Origin: an uncultured Methanosarcinaceae archaeon
Lineage (GTDB): Archaea; Halobacteriota; Methanosarcinia; Methanosarcinales; Methanosarcinaceae
NCBI GenBank assembly: GCA_963847185.1
Contig: CAWJYV010000010.1
Location: forward strand, 608,001-672,000
Direction of reading: 5' to 3'
DNA: 64,000 nucleotides
Part shown: in pieces, positions 20,357 through 29,414 of the stretch
Numbering within the stretch: position 1 is the stretch's first letter
Layout of the letters: every line of letters starts with the position of its first letter
Position numbers and translations under genes: made by a program
The notes under the pieces: generated by a model
The model's database searches: none
Told to the model about the DNA's origin: nothing
The model's input: only the letters and a program-made list of their open reading frames with translations

Positions 20357-21886
20357 GTAACTATTCAGGAGTCTTTTTAAGGTTCCACAATTTTTCCTCT
20401 TTCCGAGGAAAAATTGGATCTAAAATGACTTCTTATTTTGTATTATGAAGCGTGAAGAGATTCTATCACTGTGTACTTCAAATCCTGAATTTATTGTAAC
20501 TTACACTGAGAGCTTAGAATCTCAAATAAAAGAACTCACTGAAAGATTAATAGCCTTAGAATCTCGCTTAAATCAAAATAGCAGAAACAGTAGTAGACCT
20601 CCTTCTACTGATTTATTTGTCAAGGAGAAACCTAATCCCAAGAGTCTCCGTAAAAAGAGCGGTAAGAAACCTGGAGGTCAAGAGGGTCATCTAGGAACAA
20701 CTCTTGAAATGGTTGATGATCCTGATTAGGTAATAGAACTTTCTTTGAGTTGCTGCAAAGAATGTGGCCATACTCTTGAGAATGTTGAAGTTGAAGCTTA
20801 TAAGAAAAGACAGGTCTTTGATATTCCTCCTGTGAATCTGATTGTTACAGAACACAAAAGTCAGATTAAGACCTGTCCTTACTGTGGAAAAATAAATAAA
20901 GCTGTTTTTCCTGAATCAGTAAAATATCCAGTTCAGTATGGTCTAAATATTTTAGCTTCAGCTGTTTACTGTAAAAATCATCATTTTATCCCCTATGAAC
21001 GAATTTCTGAGTTTTTTGAAGATATTATGGGAATAAAAATCTGTCCTGCTACGATAATTAGAGCAGAAAAAAAATGTTCCCAGAATTTAGAGTGTTTTGA
21101 AAACATTATTCGAAAGAAATTAATGAATTCTCCTGTTGTTCATTTTGATGAAACTGGTATGAAGATCGAAGGAAAAAGACACTGGCTTCATGTAGCTTCT
21201 AATGATAAATACACCTGTTATTTTCCTCACTCAAAAAGAGGATCAGAGGCAATAAATGCTATGGGTATTCTTCCTGAGTTTGAGGGAGTAGCAGTTCATG
21301 ACGGATGGAAACCTTACAACGTTTATGACTGTGATCATGCTCTCTGTAATGCTCATTTACAGAGAGAACTTACTGGAATTGAAGAGAACTATAAACAGCA
21401 GTGGACTAAAGGAATGAATGAATTGTTCACTGAGATGAAAAAGTATACTGACGAATGCAAAGAGCAGGTCAAAGAACTGGATTTTGAGCAAATTAAATCA
21501 TTAGAAGAAAGGTTCGATGCTATTATCATGAAAGGAATTGAAGAAAATCCACAGTTTCTAAATCCTGAAAAGAAAGGAAAACGTGGAAAGAATCCAAAAA
21601 CCAAAGCAAGGAATCTGCTGGATAGGTTTATAGAACACAAAGAAAAGATCATGAGATTCCTGACAGATTTGAAAGTTCCGTTTGAGAACAATCAAGCAGA
21701 AAGAGATATCAGGATGATGAAACTACAGCAGAAAATATCAGGAACTTTCAGAACAGCACAGGGAGCGCAAGCTTTCTGCAGAAATAGAGCGTACATTTCT
21801 ACAATCAGGAAGAATGGGTTGCCTGTTTTAGAGAGTATTATAGCGGCGCTCAGGGGAGCGCCGTTAAATATACCCTGAATAGTTAC
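20357..21886 (+). mobile_element. IS66-family (single-ORF, ISBst12-like) insertion sequence, 1530 bp
   Basis: Terminal inverted repeats (TIRs) GTAACTATTCAGG / CCTGAATAGTTAC; 8-bp target-site duplication (TSD) AAATTAAG at 20349-20356 and 21887-21894. Confidence 0.95.
20445..21878 (+). CDS. IS66 DDE transposase with a single in-frame TAG at codon 95 (20727-20729)
   Basis: ORFs 20445-20729 and 20745-21878 are in the same frame; NSRNSSRPPS, KPGGQEGH, CKECG/CPYCG, HFDETG, HDGW, NNQAERDIR. Confidence 0.9.
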
Positions 21887-21911
21887 AAATTAAGATAATT
21901 AAGCAAAAAAA

Positions 21912-22025
21912 GGTCGTGGGGGTGAGTTACTGAAAATCAAGAGCCTCAAAATCTCTCCATATTTATTTTAAACATGGAGCATGTGCTCGTTTTTTCAGAT
22001 TTGATCAATGACTCACCCCACTACC
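21912..22025. mobile_element. 114-bp MITE with IS1-like ends
   Basis: Left end GGTCGTGGGGGTGAGTTACTGA; reverse complement of right end GGTAGTGGGGTGAGTCATTGA; 8-bp flanking duplication CAAAAAAA on both sides. Confidence 0.75.
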
Positions 22026-22288
22026 CAAAAAAAGAGTTTATTAAAATAAGTGCAAGAGATGATATTTAAACGCACAAACTTTTACAGGTTATGAGTTTCA
22101 ATCCATTTTTAGTTGCTCCCCAATAAGAGAAGTAAGACCCCAAAAAGAGTAACTTCTGAGAGTTATTCCATTTATGAGATTTTGATTTATTCTGCTTTTG
22201 TCGCTGCATTGTCGCCTTTGGCATTGATTACTTTTAAATGCAGTATATTTTCACCCTTAGCGTACCTATATTCAGCTCTTTTGAGTTG

Positions 22289-22317
22289 AATTTCTGGGAG
22301 TGAAGTTCCCAGAAATT
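22289..22317 (-). terminator. Hairpin downstream of the PKD/beta-helix gene
   Basis: aatttctggga-gtgaagt-tcccagaaatt, an 11-bp inverted repeat. Confidence 0.45.
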
Positions 22318-22342
22318 TGCAACTGACCTGTTGAGCTGTTAT

Positions 22343-24769
22343 TTATGTTATCCTTATATAGTTAGCTCTTGCCTTCGTCGTACTTCCTGCTGCATTACTT
22401 GCTGTAAGTGTCACTGTATAGACTCCTGCTTTCGAATAAGTATGCCTTGGGTTCTGGAGCGTTGAATATGTTCCATCTCCGAAATTCCATTTCCATGCAG
22501 TGGGTGATCCTGTACTTGCATCGGTGAAACCGATTATGAGAGGAGCCTTTCCTGAGAGTCTTGAACCCCAGAAGCTTACGACAGGTTTTTGTACAGATGA
22601 TATCACTTTTATATAATTAGATCTCGTCTTTGTTGCCGTTCCAGCTTCATTGCTTGCTGTAAGTGTTACCGTATAGTTTCCTGCTTTTGCATAGGTGTGC
22701 TTTGGTTTCTGGACTGTTGAATATGTTCCATCTCCAAAACTCCATTTCCATGCAGTTGGTGTGTTTGTACTTGCATCGGTAAATCCAAGAGTTAAAGGAG
22801 CTGTACCCGAGGTTCGTGATGCCCAGAAGCTTACAACGGGTTTTTGTGCAGGTGCAGCTGTTCTTACATTTATATAGCTGGCTTTTGTCATAGTATCACT
22901 TCCAGCTTTATTGCTTGCTGTAAGCGTTACTGTGTAAGTTCCATTTTGAACGTAAGTATGCACTGGATTCTGCTGGGTCGAGTAAGTTCCGTCTCCAAAA
23001 CTCCATTTCCACGAAGTTAGCGAGCCGGTACTCTTGTCAGAAAAGTTTACTGTTAGAGGTGCGTATCCTGAAGCTGGGGATGCCAAAAAAGCAGCAACAG
23101 GAATTTTTGATACCTGAGTTTCTAATATTTGGTTTCCACTAATTGCAGCGTTTTGAACATTTTTGGTTGTGATTCCGGAAGAAGAATTCGATGTATTCAC
23201 ATTTATCAATATATTATTTTGTATTTTCACAGCGCCATTTGTGAAGGAATTTCCGTCTATATATATTCCGTCTCGTTTTATATCTTTAAAAGTATTATCT
23301 GAGATGTTTAGGTTTACTCCGTTTATTAGAAACTTCTGATATACTCCTTGATGAGAAAGATTGCTAAAAGTGTTTTTACATATTAATATATTCCTGACAC
23401 TTCCATAAAATGGGAAAACAACTCCATGCATTCCATTGTTCTGAGTATTATTTCTAATTATGAGTGTATCATCGGTTCCGTTTCCTCCCTCATACATATT
23501 ACCTGATATGCCATTAAATGTGTTGTTTTCGTAAATGTGCACTCCGTCATTTACGGCGCCGCGTTTAAATATCCCTCCAAATCCGCCAAAAACTTCATTG
23601 TTAGAAAAAACGGACTGCTGGGTACCATCTGAAAATGCAAAATAGTATGGTAGCTCCTGTATGTACCTATAATCGTAAAATGCATAATAATTCGGTGTAT
23701 CCGATGATATTTGAGGGTATATCTTATTTCCAGTTACTACAAAATCAATAGTATCAGCGTGAGCATCAACAACATTAGAGCCTGTGATATTTGCCCCTAT
23801 AAGAGTGTTATCAACAATGAAAATGTCTCGATTTAAAGATTTGAGTTCAGCAGAATTGGCTGTTATGGCATGCCTGCAATTCTCTATGTGATTATTTTCG
23901 ATATTAATAAAAGCCGAGCCACTAGCTGCATTTATACCATATCCACACCCTGGATGAAGTGAATTGTAAATCTCATTATTATTAATACTAACATTAAAAC
24001 AGGAATACAGACAAATAGCACCAAATCCACTATCTTTAAACCAGGAATCAGTGACAGAACTGTCCTTGCAGTATTGCAAAACCAGTCCATGATGAAGCAT
24101 TGTCTCGCCTGTGTCCTCTATCCTTATATTTTCTACATGTACTTGAACAGGCCTATAAACTTCGATCTGTACACTCTCGGACAGGTTGTAGTTTCTAAGA
24201 AGTCCTTGATTTAAAGTGACGATATTTCCATTTACACTTTTAACAGCATAAATTTCCCCTGTCATTTGATCAGGATAATTATCAGGATAATCTAGAGGAC
24301 ACCACTGAACATTTTTCCAAATCTTAATCAAGTCGTTCTGGCGAATCTGAGACGCGTTAGTTAAAACAATCTGAGATGAACTCTTATTAGCGTCAGCATA
24401 TAGATTTTTGTTTGTGATTAATGATCCACCAAAATATAGCTCGTTATATTCTTTCTCAGAAGTTTGAATGTTGAGAGTTACTTTTCCCTCGCCTATTATA
24501 TTCAGATTTTTATTTTTTTGATAGATTCCTCTTGTGATATAATAGTCTCCTTCATGAATAATTATTGTATCCCCGCTTTTTGAGTTATCTAGAGCTGCCT
24601 GAATGCAAGCAGCATCATTTGCATAATCAGGTGTATGAAAAAGACCTGGTCCAGCTGGTCCAGCCTGTTTGTCAATTACGATATTTGCCGCCGAAGCTGC
24701 AGGGATACTTAACCCAATATAAAAAAAAGTAAAAGTAAATATTATCATAAGAGCTTTTAAATTCTTCAT
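22343..24769 (-). CDS. Secreted right-handed beta-helix (pectin-lyase-like) protein with three C-terminal PKD domains
   Basis: Signal peptide; Asn/Ile-rich parallel beta-helix repeats; three WKWSFGDG-type PKD motifs. Confidence 0.85.
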   Translation of the reverse strand: MKNLKALMIIFTFTFFYIGLSIPAASAANIVIDKQAGPAGPGLFHTPDYANDAACIQAALDNSKSGDTIIIHEGDYYITRGIYQKNKNLNIIGEGKVTLNIQTSEKEYNELYFGGSLITNKNLYADANKSSSQIVLTNASQIRQNDLIKIWKNVQWCPLDYPDNYPDQMTGEIYAVKSVNGNIVTLNQGLLRNYNLSESVQIEVYRPVQVHVENIRIEDTGETMLHHGLVLQYCKDSSVTDSWFKDSGFGAICLYSCFNVSINNNEIYNSLHPGCGYGINAASGSAFINIENNHIENCRHAITANSAELKSLNRDIFIVDNTLIGANITGSNVVDAHADTIDFVVTGNKIYPQISSDTPNYYAFYDYRYIQELPYYFAFSDGTQQSVFSNNEVFGGFGGIFKRGAVNDGVHIYENNTFNGISGNMYEGGNGTDDTLIIRNNTQNNGMHGVVFPFYGSVRNILICKNTFSNLSHQGVYQKFLINGVNLNISDNTFKDIKRDGIYIDGNSFTNGAVKIQNNILINVNTSNSSSGITTKNVQNAAISGNQILETQVSKIPVAAFLASPASGYAPLTVNFSDKSTGSLTSWKWSFGDGTYSTQQNPVHTYVQNGTYTVTLTASNKAGSDTMTKASYINVRTAAPAQKPVVSFWASRTSGTAPLTLGFTDASTNTPTAWKWSFGDGTYSTVQKPKHTYAKAGNYTVTLTASNEAGTATKTRSNYIKVISSVQKPVVSFWGSRLSGKAPLIIGFTDASTGSPTAWKWNFGDGTYSTLQNPRHTYSKAGVYTVTLTASNAAGSTTKARANYIRIT

Positions 24770-24799
24770 TCAAAGTCACTCCTAAACCCATTTAGCTTA

Positions 24800-24925
24800 G
24801 ATCCTTTCCGAAAAGTGTTATGATACATAAATTTTGCAATTGGAATATTCAAAATGGGGATGGGCACTTAATATCAAAGGCCTGTTGTAACTTTATTATG
24901 CCGTTATTGACTTTTCGAAAGGCTC
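24800..24925. mobile_element. ~126-bp MITE (GAGCCT-TCC-AAAA end family)
   Basis: Left end GATCCTTTCCGAAAAGT; reverse complement of right end GAGCCTTTCGAAAAGT; TA on both flanks. Confidence 0.65.
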
Positions 24926-25017
24926 TAAGAGAATTCCAATAAACTAATTTAAAGAACTTTACGTTTCCAGCTTAATTAAGCCCCCAGAAATTTGCAACTG
25001 ACCTGTTGAGCTGTTAT

Positions 25018-27177
25018 TTATATTATCCTTATATAGTTGGCTCTTGCCTTCGTCGTACTTCCTGCTGCATTACTTGCTGTAAGTGTCACTGTATAGACTC
25101 CTGCTTTTGAATAAGTATGCCTTGGGTTCTGGAGCGTTGAATATGTTCCATCTCCAAAACTCCATTTCCATGCAGTGGGCGATCCTGTACTTGCATCGGT
25201 GAAACCGATTGTCAGAGGAGCCTTTCCTGAGAGTCTTGAACCCCAGAAGCTTACAACAGGTTTTTGTACAGTTTCTGTCAATTTTATATAATTGGCTCTT
25301 GTCTTCGTTCCCGCTCCAGCTTCATTGCTTGCTGTAAGTGCTACCGTATAGTTTCCTGCTTTTGAGTAAGTATGTCTCGGGTTCTGGAGCGTTGAATATG
25401 TTCCATCTCCAAAGCTCCATTTCCATGCAGTTGGTGTGTTTGTACTTGCATCGGTAAATCCAAGAGTTAAAGGAGCTGTACCCGAGGTTCGTGATGCCCA
25501 GAAGCTTACAACAGGTTTTTGTGCAGATGCAGCTGTTCTTACATTTATATAGCTGGCTTTTGTCATAGTATCACTTCCAGCTTTATTACTTGCTGTAAGC
25601 GTTACTGTGTAAGTTCCATTTTGAACGTAAGTATGTACTGGATTCTGCTGGGTCGAGTAAGTTCCGTCTCCGAAACTCCATTTCCATTCAGTTGCATTCC
25701 TTGATAAGTCTGTAAACTTGACTAAAAGGGGAGCAGGACCAAGGGTTACATTGCTAGTGAAATTCGCTATAGGAAGTATATTCTCTGAGCCGCTGAATAC
25801 AGCTTTATATGCATCAATTCGACCCGCACCGTAGATATTATCTTTTCCTGCCTGCCCAAGATCCACAGCCGTATTTTCTAAAATTTCATTTATTTGAGAT
25901 GGTTTCAGAGCAGGGTTTTTCTCCAGCATTAATGCCACAGTGCCAGAGACATGAGGTGTAGCCATCGAGGTTCCGTTCTTGGACGCATACCCGCCACCAG
26001 GCATCGTTGAAATGACATTTACACCTGGAGCAGAAACGTTTGGTTTAATATACGTTTTCCCGTTAAGAGTGACAGGCCCGCGGCTGCTAAAAGATGCTAT
26101 AATATCAAAAGAATCAGTTGCACCTACAGTTGTAGAATTGATTTCGTCACCAGGGCAAATTGTTGTATTGGAATTCGGTCCGGTATTGCCTGCAGCTATT
26201 ACAGGAATTACACCTGCTGCCATGACATTGTCAACTGCAATAGCTAATGCATCAGAATGAGTCTTCCCATTACTGTAACTTATAATACGGGCATTATTAC
26301 TGACTGCCCAATCAAAGGCAAGAAGAACATGAGACATGTTTCCGAAACCATATGAGAATACTTTTGCTACAATCAGCTTTGTGCCTGGAGCAACTCCGGT
26401 TTGGTAACCGTTAACTCCGATTCCCGAAATGGTTCCGCATACATGAGTGCCATGCCCTCTATCATCATAAGGAGAGCTTCTCCCATTTACAAAATCAATC
26501 CAACCGATAATCTTAGAATCATTTGAATTCGGAAGATGGGCAAGATCGGGATGTGTTGCATCAACTCCGGAATCCAAAACAGCTACGATTATTCCTTTTC
26601 CGGTTATACCTCTTTGCCATACTGCCGGAGCATTAATTTTGTCCAAGCTCCATACGACACTCGATGAATTATTTTCCGGCTTGTAGGTTGATAATACTTC
26701 TGTGTCGGGTACGCTATTATCTTCTACATAAACAACATCATCAAATTCAATTTTAGAAACGTCGGATCTATTGGCAAGAGAAGTTATTATATCCGGAGTT
26801 ATTTCAGCAGCAATGGCATTAGCAACATTGATAGAATTTATATCTAGTGCTTTACCATCTGCTGTTGCATCGTCAAGAATCTGTAAGATTTCTTTTTGTT
26901 CACTTTCGATTTTTGATTTTCCACTAAGAGTATTAAAATCGCTATGCCGATTTTTCAATAAAATAATTACCTTGATTTTTTCAGTCACTGAGGTTTCAGC
27001 AATCTTTGAAGCCAAGATTGGTGATATTTTTTCGTCTGTGTTCATTTTATCCGGTACTTTTATATCATCAGCTGACGCCGGTAACACAAACAATGATACT
27101 AATAATATTAGCGCACAGCTTATGCTTAGTAATCCTTGCATTATCTTTTTTAAGAGTATACAGGTATTTTTTTGCAT
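25018..27177 (-). CDS. Secreted subtilisin-like (S8) serine protease with three PKD domains
   Basis: Catalytic triad motifs VLDSGVD, GHGTHVCG and GTSMATPHV; signal peptide and prodomain. Confidence 0.93.
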   Translation of the reverse strand: MQKNTCILLKKIMQGLLSISCALILLVSLFVLPASADDIKVPDKMNTDEKISPILASKIAETSVTEKIKVIILLKNRHSDFNTLSGKSKIESEQKEILQILDDATADGKALDINSINVANAIAAEITPDIITSLANRSDVSKIEFDDVVYVEDNSVPDTEVLSTYKPENNSSSVVWSLDKINAPAVWQRGITGKGIIVAVLDSGVDATHPDLAHLPNSNDSKIIGWIDFVNGRSSPYDDRGHGTHVCGTISGIGVNGYQTGVAPGTKLIVAKVFSYGFGNMSHVLLAFDWAVSNNARIISYSNGKTHSDALAIAVDNVMAAGVIPVIAAGNTGPNSNTTICPGDEINSTTVGATDSFDIIASFSSRGPVTLNGKTYIKPNVSAPGVNVISTMPGGGYASKNGTSMATPHVSGTVALMLEKNPALKPSQINEILENTAVDLGQAGKDNIYGAGRIDAYKAVFSGSENILPIANFTSNVTLGPAPLLVKFTDLSRNATEWKWSFGDGTYSTQQNPVHTYVQNGTYTVTLTASNKAGSDTMTKASYINVRTAASAQKPVVSFWASRTSGTAPLTLGFTDASTNTPTAWKWSFGDGTYSTLQNPRHTYSKAGNYTVALTASNEAGAGTKTRANYIKLTETVQKPVVSFWGSRLSGKAPLTIGFTDASTGSPTAWKWSFGDGTYSTLQNPRHTYSKAGVYTVTLTASNAAGSTTKARANYIRII

Positions 27178-27364
27178 ATTTGATCAACCCATTTCAATAT
27201 TTTCTTCCTGTGTGATACATACTAAATATATTTACAATGAAATTAACTTTACTGTTTTTTTTGAAGTCTTAAAATTTAGGCTTTTCATGTGACTAATGTA
27301 ATGAAGATAGTCAGGAAGCAGATAGAAAAAAGAAAAAATTTCCTAAAGGAGAAAGACTAGAATA

Positions 27365-27439
27365 ACATTTGAAATCAAAGAATAGTAGCACATTTGAAAT
27401 CAAAGAATAGTAGCACATTTGAAATCAAAGAATAGTAGC
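27365..27439. repeat. Perfect tandem repeat, 3 x 25 bp
   Basis: acatttgaaatcaaagaatagtagc three times with no spacers. Confidence 0.95.
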
Positions 27440-27452
27440 TTTAAAGATAGTA

Positions 27453-27535
27453 TGTGAGGGATGGGGGTCGAATGCACGACTACCTTCATAATAAGATCTT
27501 AAGTTCAAGCTTTAGATGTTCACTGAAATAGCTCA
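27453..27535 (-). pseudogene. Highly decayed tRNA-Leu(UAA)-like relic
   Basis: The reverse complement retains the ACTTAAGATC anticodon arm and ...TTCGAC...CCCTCACA end. Confidence 0.45.
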
Positions 27536-27590
27536 AAAAGATGCAAAAAGGGTAGAATTTAAGCAAAAACAAGAATTAATTAAAAATTAG

Positions 27591-27640
27591 TGCGAGATGC
27601 GAGATTTGAACTCATGAAATCCTACGAAACTGGGATTCTG
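27591..27640 (-). pseudogene. Decayed 3' half of a tRNA-Leu
   Basis: Reverse complement CAGTTTCGTAGGATTTCATGAGTTCAAATCTCGCATCTCGCA resembles the Leu variable arm, T arm and acceptor strand. Confidence 0.6.
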
Positions 27641-28290
27641 AAAAACATATAGATCCTTAGCTCATTCAAGCCCTTTTAAAGTGTGTATATTTCTTGGGGG
27701 TTGATTCGCAACTCTTCCCGATCTTTTTCTAATTCTGAATGTGTAAAAAATAAACTCATAGCATACTACATTTTAACTGCAGGCAGAAATACAAAAACTA
27801 ATTATATATATTTTTATGCATATTATTAATAGGGGATTAGAATCCAAAAAAACAGATATCTATGGCATTAAAACTAATCGTTGGCCATAATATGATTTTA
27901 AAAATTTTGCTAATAAAGCAAATAATTGAGTAAGTGCCATTAGATGGAGAATCTGTGTTTTTTCTTGTTCTTAACATTAGCAGGTTCGAAGTAAGATTAC
28001 CAATTGAGTAAAGGAGAGTACTCTGGTAAACTAATGTATCCAAGCAAGAACCTCTTCGAGGGCTTTCATACATGGTACACGTATTGCCCCGTCTATAACA
28101 CGCGGGCAATGTTGAAGGCGAACTGGGCGGGATCGAAGAGGAATTCAAATATGGACGCGAAGTTCGACTACCACGGTAGTCACCGGCTGTGCCGGTGCCA
28201 TGAGCCATTACTCAAACATACCTAAATAAATTTTGAAAGTTTGACAGAGCTTGAACATTCAATACAAGGAATAATACAAGGAGTCAAACT

Positions 28291-29334
28291 ATGGAAACCA
28301 GAATTGAAGATATGGAAACCAGAATTGAAGAATTGCTGGACATCATGAGGGTCCCGCCCGGCAAGAAGATCGATCTGAAGAAGGATTACGATCCGGGCTT
28401 TACCGGCAAATGGGTAAAGAAGGAAGATGCTGAAGAAACCCTGGCCAAAGGCATCCAGCTGCTGGCCGAGATGCAAGACAAGCTCTGGGCTCAGAACCAA
28501 TACGCTCTGCTCATGGTCCTTCAGGCCCTCGATGCAGCCGGCAAGGATGGAGCTATCAAGCATGTCATGTCTGGCGTCAACCCCCAGGGGGTCGATGTCC
28601 ACAGCTTCAAGGGGCCTTCCAGCGAGGAACTGGATCACGATTATCTGTGGCGCAATTTCAAGGCCCTGCCTTCTCGCGGCCGCATCGGGATTTTCAATCG
28701 TTCTTATTATGAAGAAGTCCTGGTCGTGCGCGTACATCCCGAGTTCCTCTCCAGCCAGCAACTTCCGCCCGCGCTGAAGGACAAGCGTATTTGGAGGCGA
28801 CGCTTCGAAGAGATCAACAATTTCGAGAAGTATCTGGTTAATAACGGCATCATTATCGTCAAGATCTTCCTGTACGTGTCCAAAGATATCCAGAAGGAGC
28901 GTTTCCTGGAGAGGGCGATGATGCCGGAAAAGAACTGGAAATTTTCCGTAGCTGACATAAAAGAGCGGGCCTATTGGGACGATTATATCGCCGCCTACGA
29001 AGACATGTTCAACCATACAAGTACTGAATGGGCACCCTGGTACATAGTGCCGGCCGATCACAAGTGGTTCACGCGGCTGGCCGTGGCAGCTGTGCTCTAC
29101 AACACGATGAAGAACCTCAACCTGGCTTATCCTACCGTTAGCGAGCAGCAGAAACAATCTTTGCTTCTGGCTAAAGAAGAGCTCGAGAGCGAGGACAGTG
29201 ATCTGAAGGATAAAGCCGTCGTAAAGGCCAAAGCGAAGGCAGCCACCGATCCACAAGCTCCAGCTGCAAGTAGCACGGTAACAAAGGAAGAAGCGAAAAA
29301 GAGAGGCAGGAAGAAAGGCAAGAAAAACAAGTAA
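28291..29334 (+). CDS. ppk2: Polyphosphate kinase 2 (class III-like) with a Lys-rich tail
   Basis: QALDAAGKDG Walker A, SFKGPSSEELDHDYLWR, FNRSYYEEV, APWYIVPADHKW; GC-rich codon usage. Confidence 0.9.
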   Translation: METRIEDMETRIEELLDIMRVPPGKKIDLKKDYDPGFTGKWVKKEDAEETLAKGIQLLAEMQDKLWAQNQYALLMVLQALDAAGKDGAIKHVMSGVNPQGVDVHSFKGPSSEELDHDYLWRNFKALPSRGRIGIFNRSYYEEVLVVRVHPEFLSSQQLPPALKDKRIWRRRFEEINNFEKYLVNNGIIIVKIFLYVSKDIQKERFLERAMMPEKNWKFSVADIKERAYWDDYIAAYEDMFNHTSTEWAPWYIVPADHKWFTRLAVAAVLYNTMKNLNLAYPTVSEQQKQSLLLAKEELESEDSDLKDKAVVKAKAKAATDPQAPAASSTVTKEEAKKRGRKKGKKNK

Positions 29335-29414
29335 AGTCACGCCGGGGAAAACAGGACTACTCGCAACCAGAGGTATCAAAGCCTCCAAATTTTTCGAACT
29401 CGAGGAGATGAAAC

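Larger units (their letters stand above)
22308..25686. repeat. ~700-bp near-identical direct repeat (22308-23011 and 24983-25686): PKD cassette plus 3' flank
   Basis: Same DNA at a constant 2675-bp offset, including non-coding cccagaaatttgcaactgacctgttgagctgttattta. Confidence 0.85.

Noticed and set aside
27365-27439. Possible CRISPR array (25-bp repeat three times)
   Set aside because: Units are directly adjacent with no spacers and there are no cas genes; this is a simple tandem repeat.
27837-28225. Overlapping short ORFs before ppk2
   Set aside because: No motifs or clear RBS; probably a gene fragment at the edge of the GC-rich block.
28290-28331. 21-bp duplication at the ppk2 start (METRIED twice), and CKSINF twice in the kinase
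   Set aside because: In-frame slippage duplications with no evident functional consequence.
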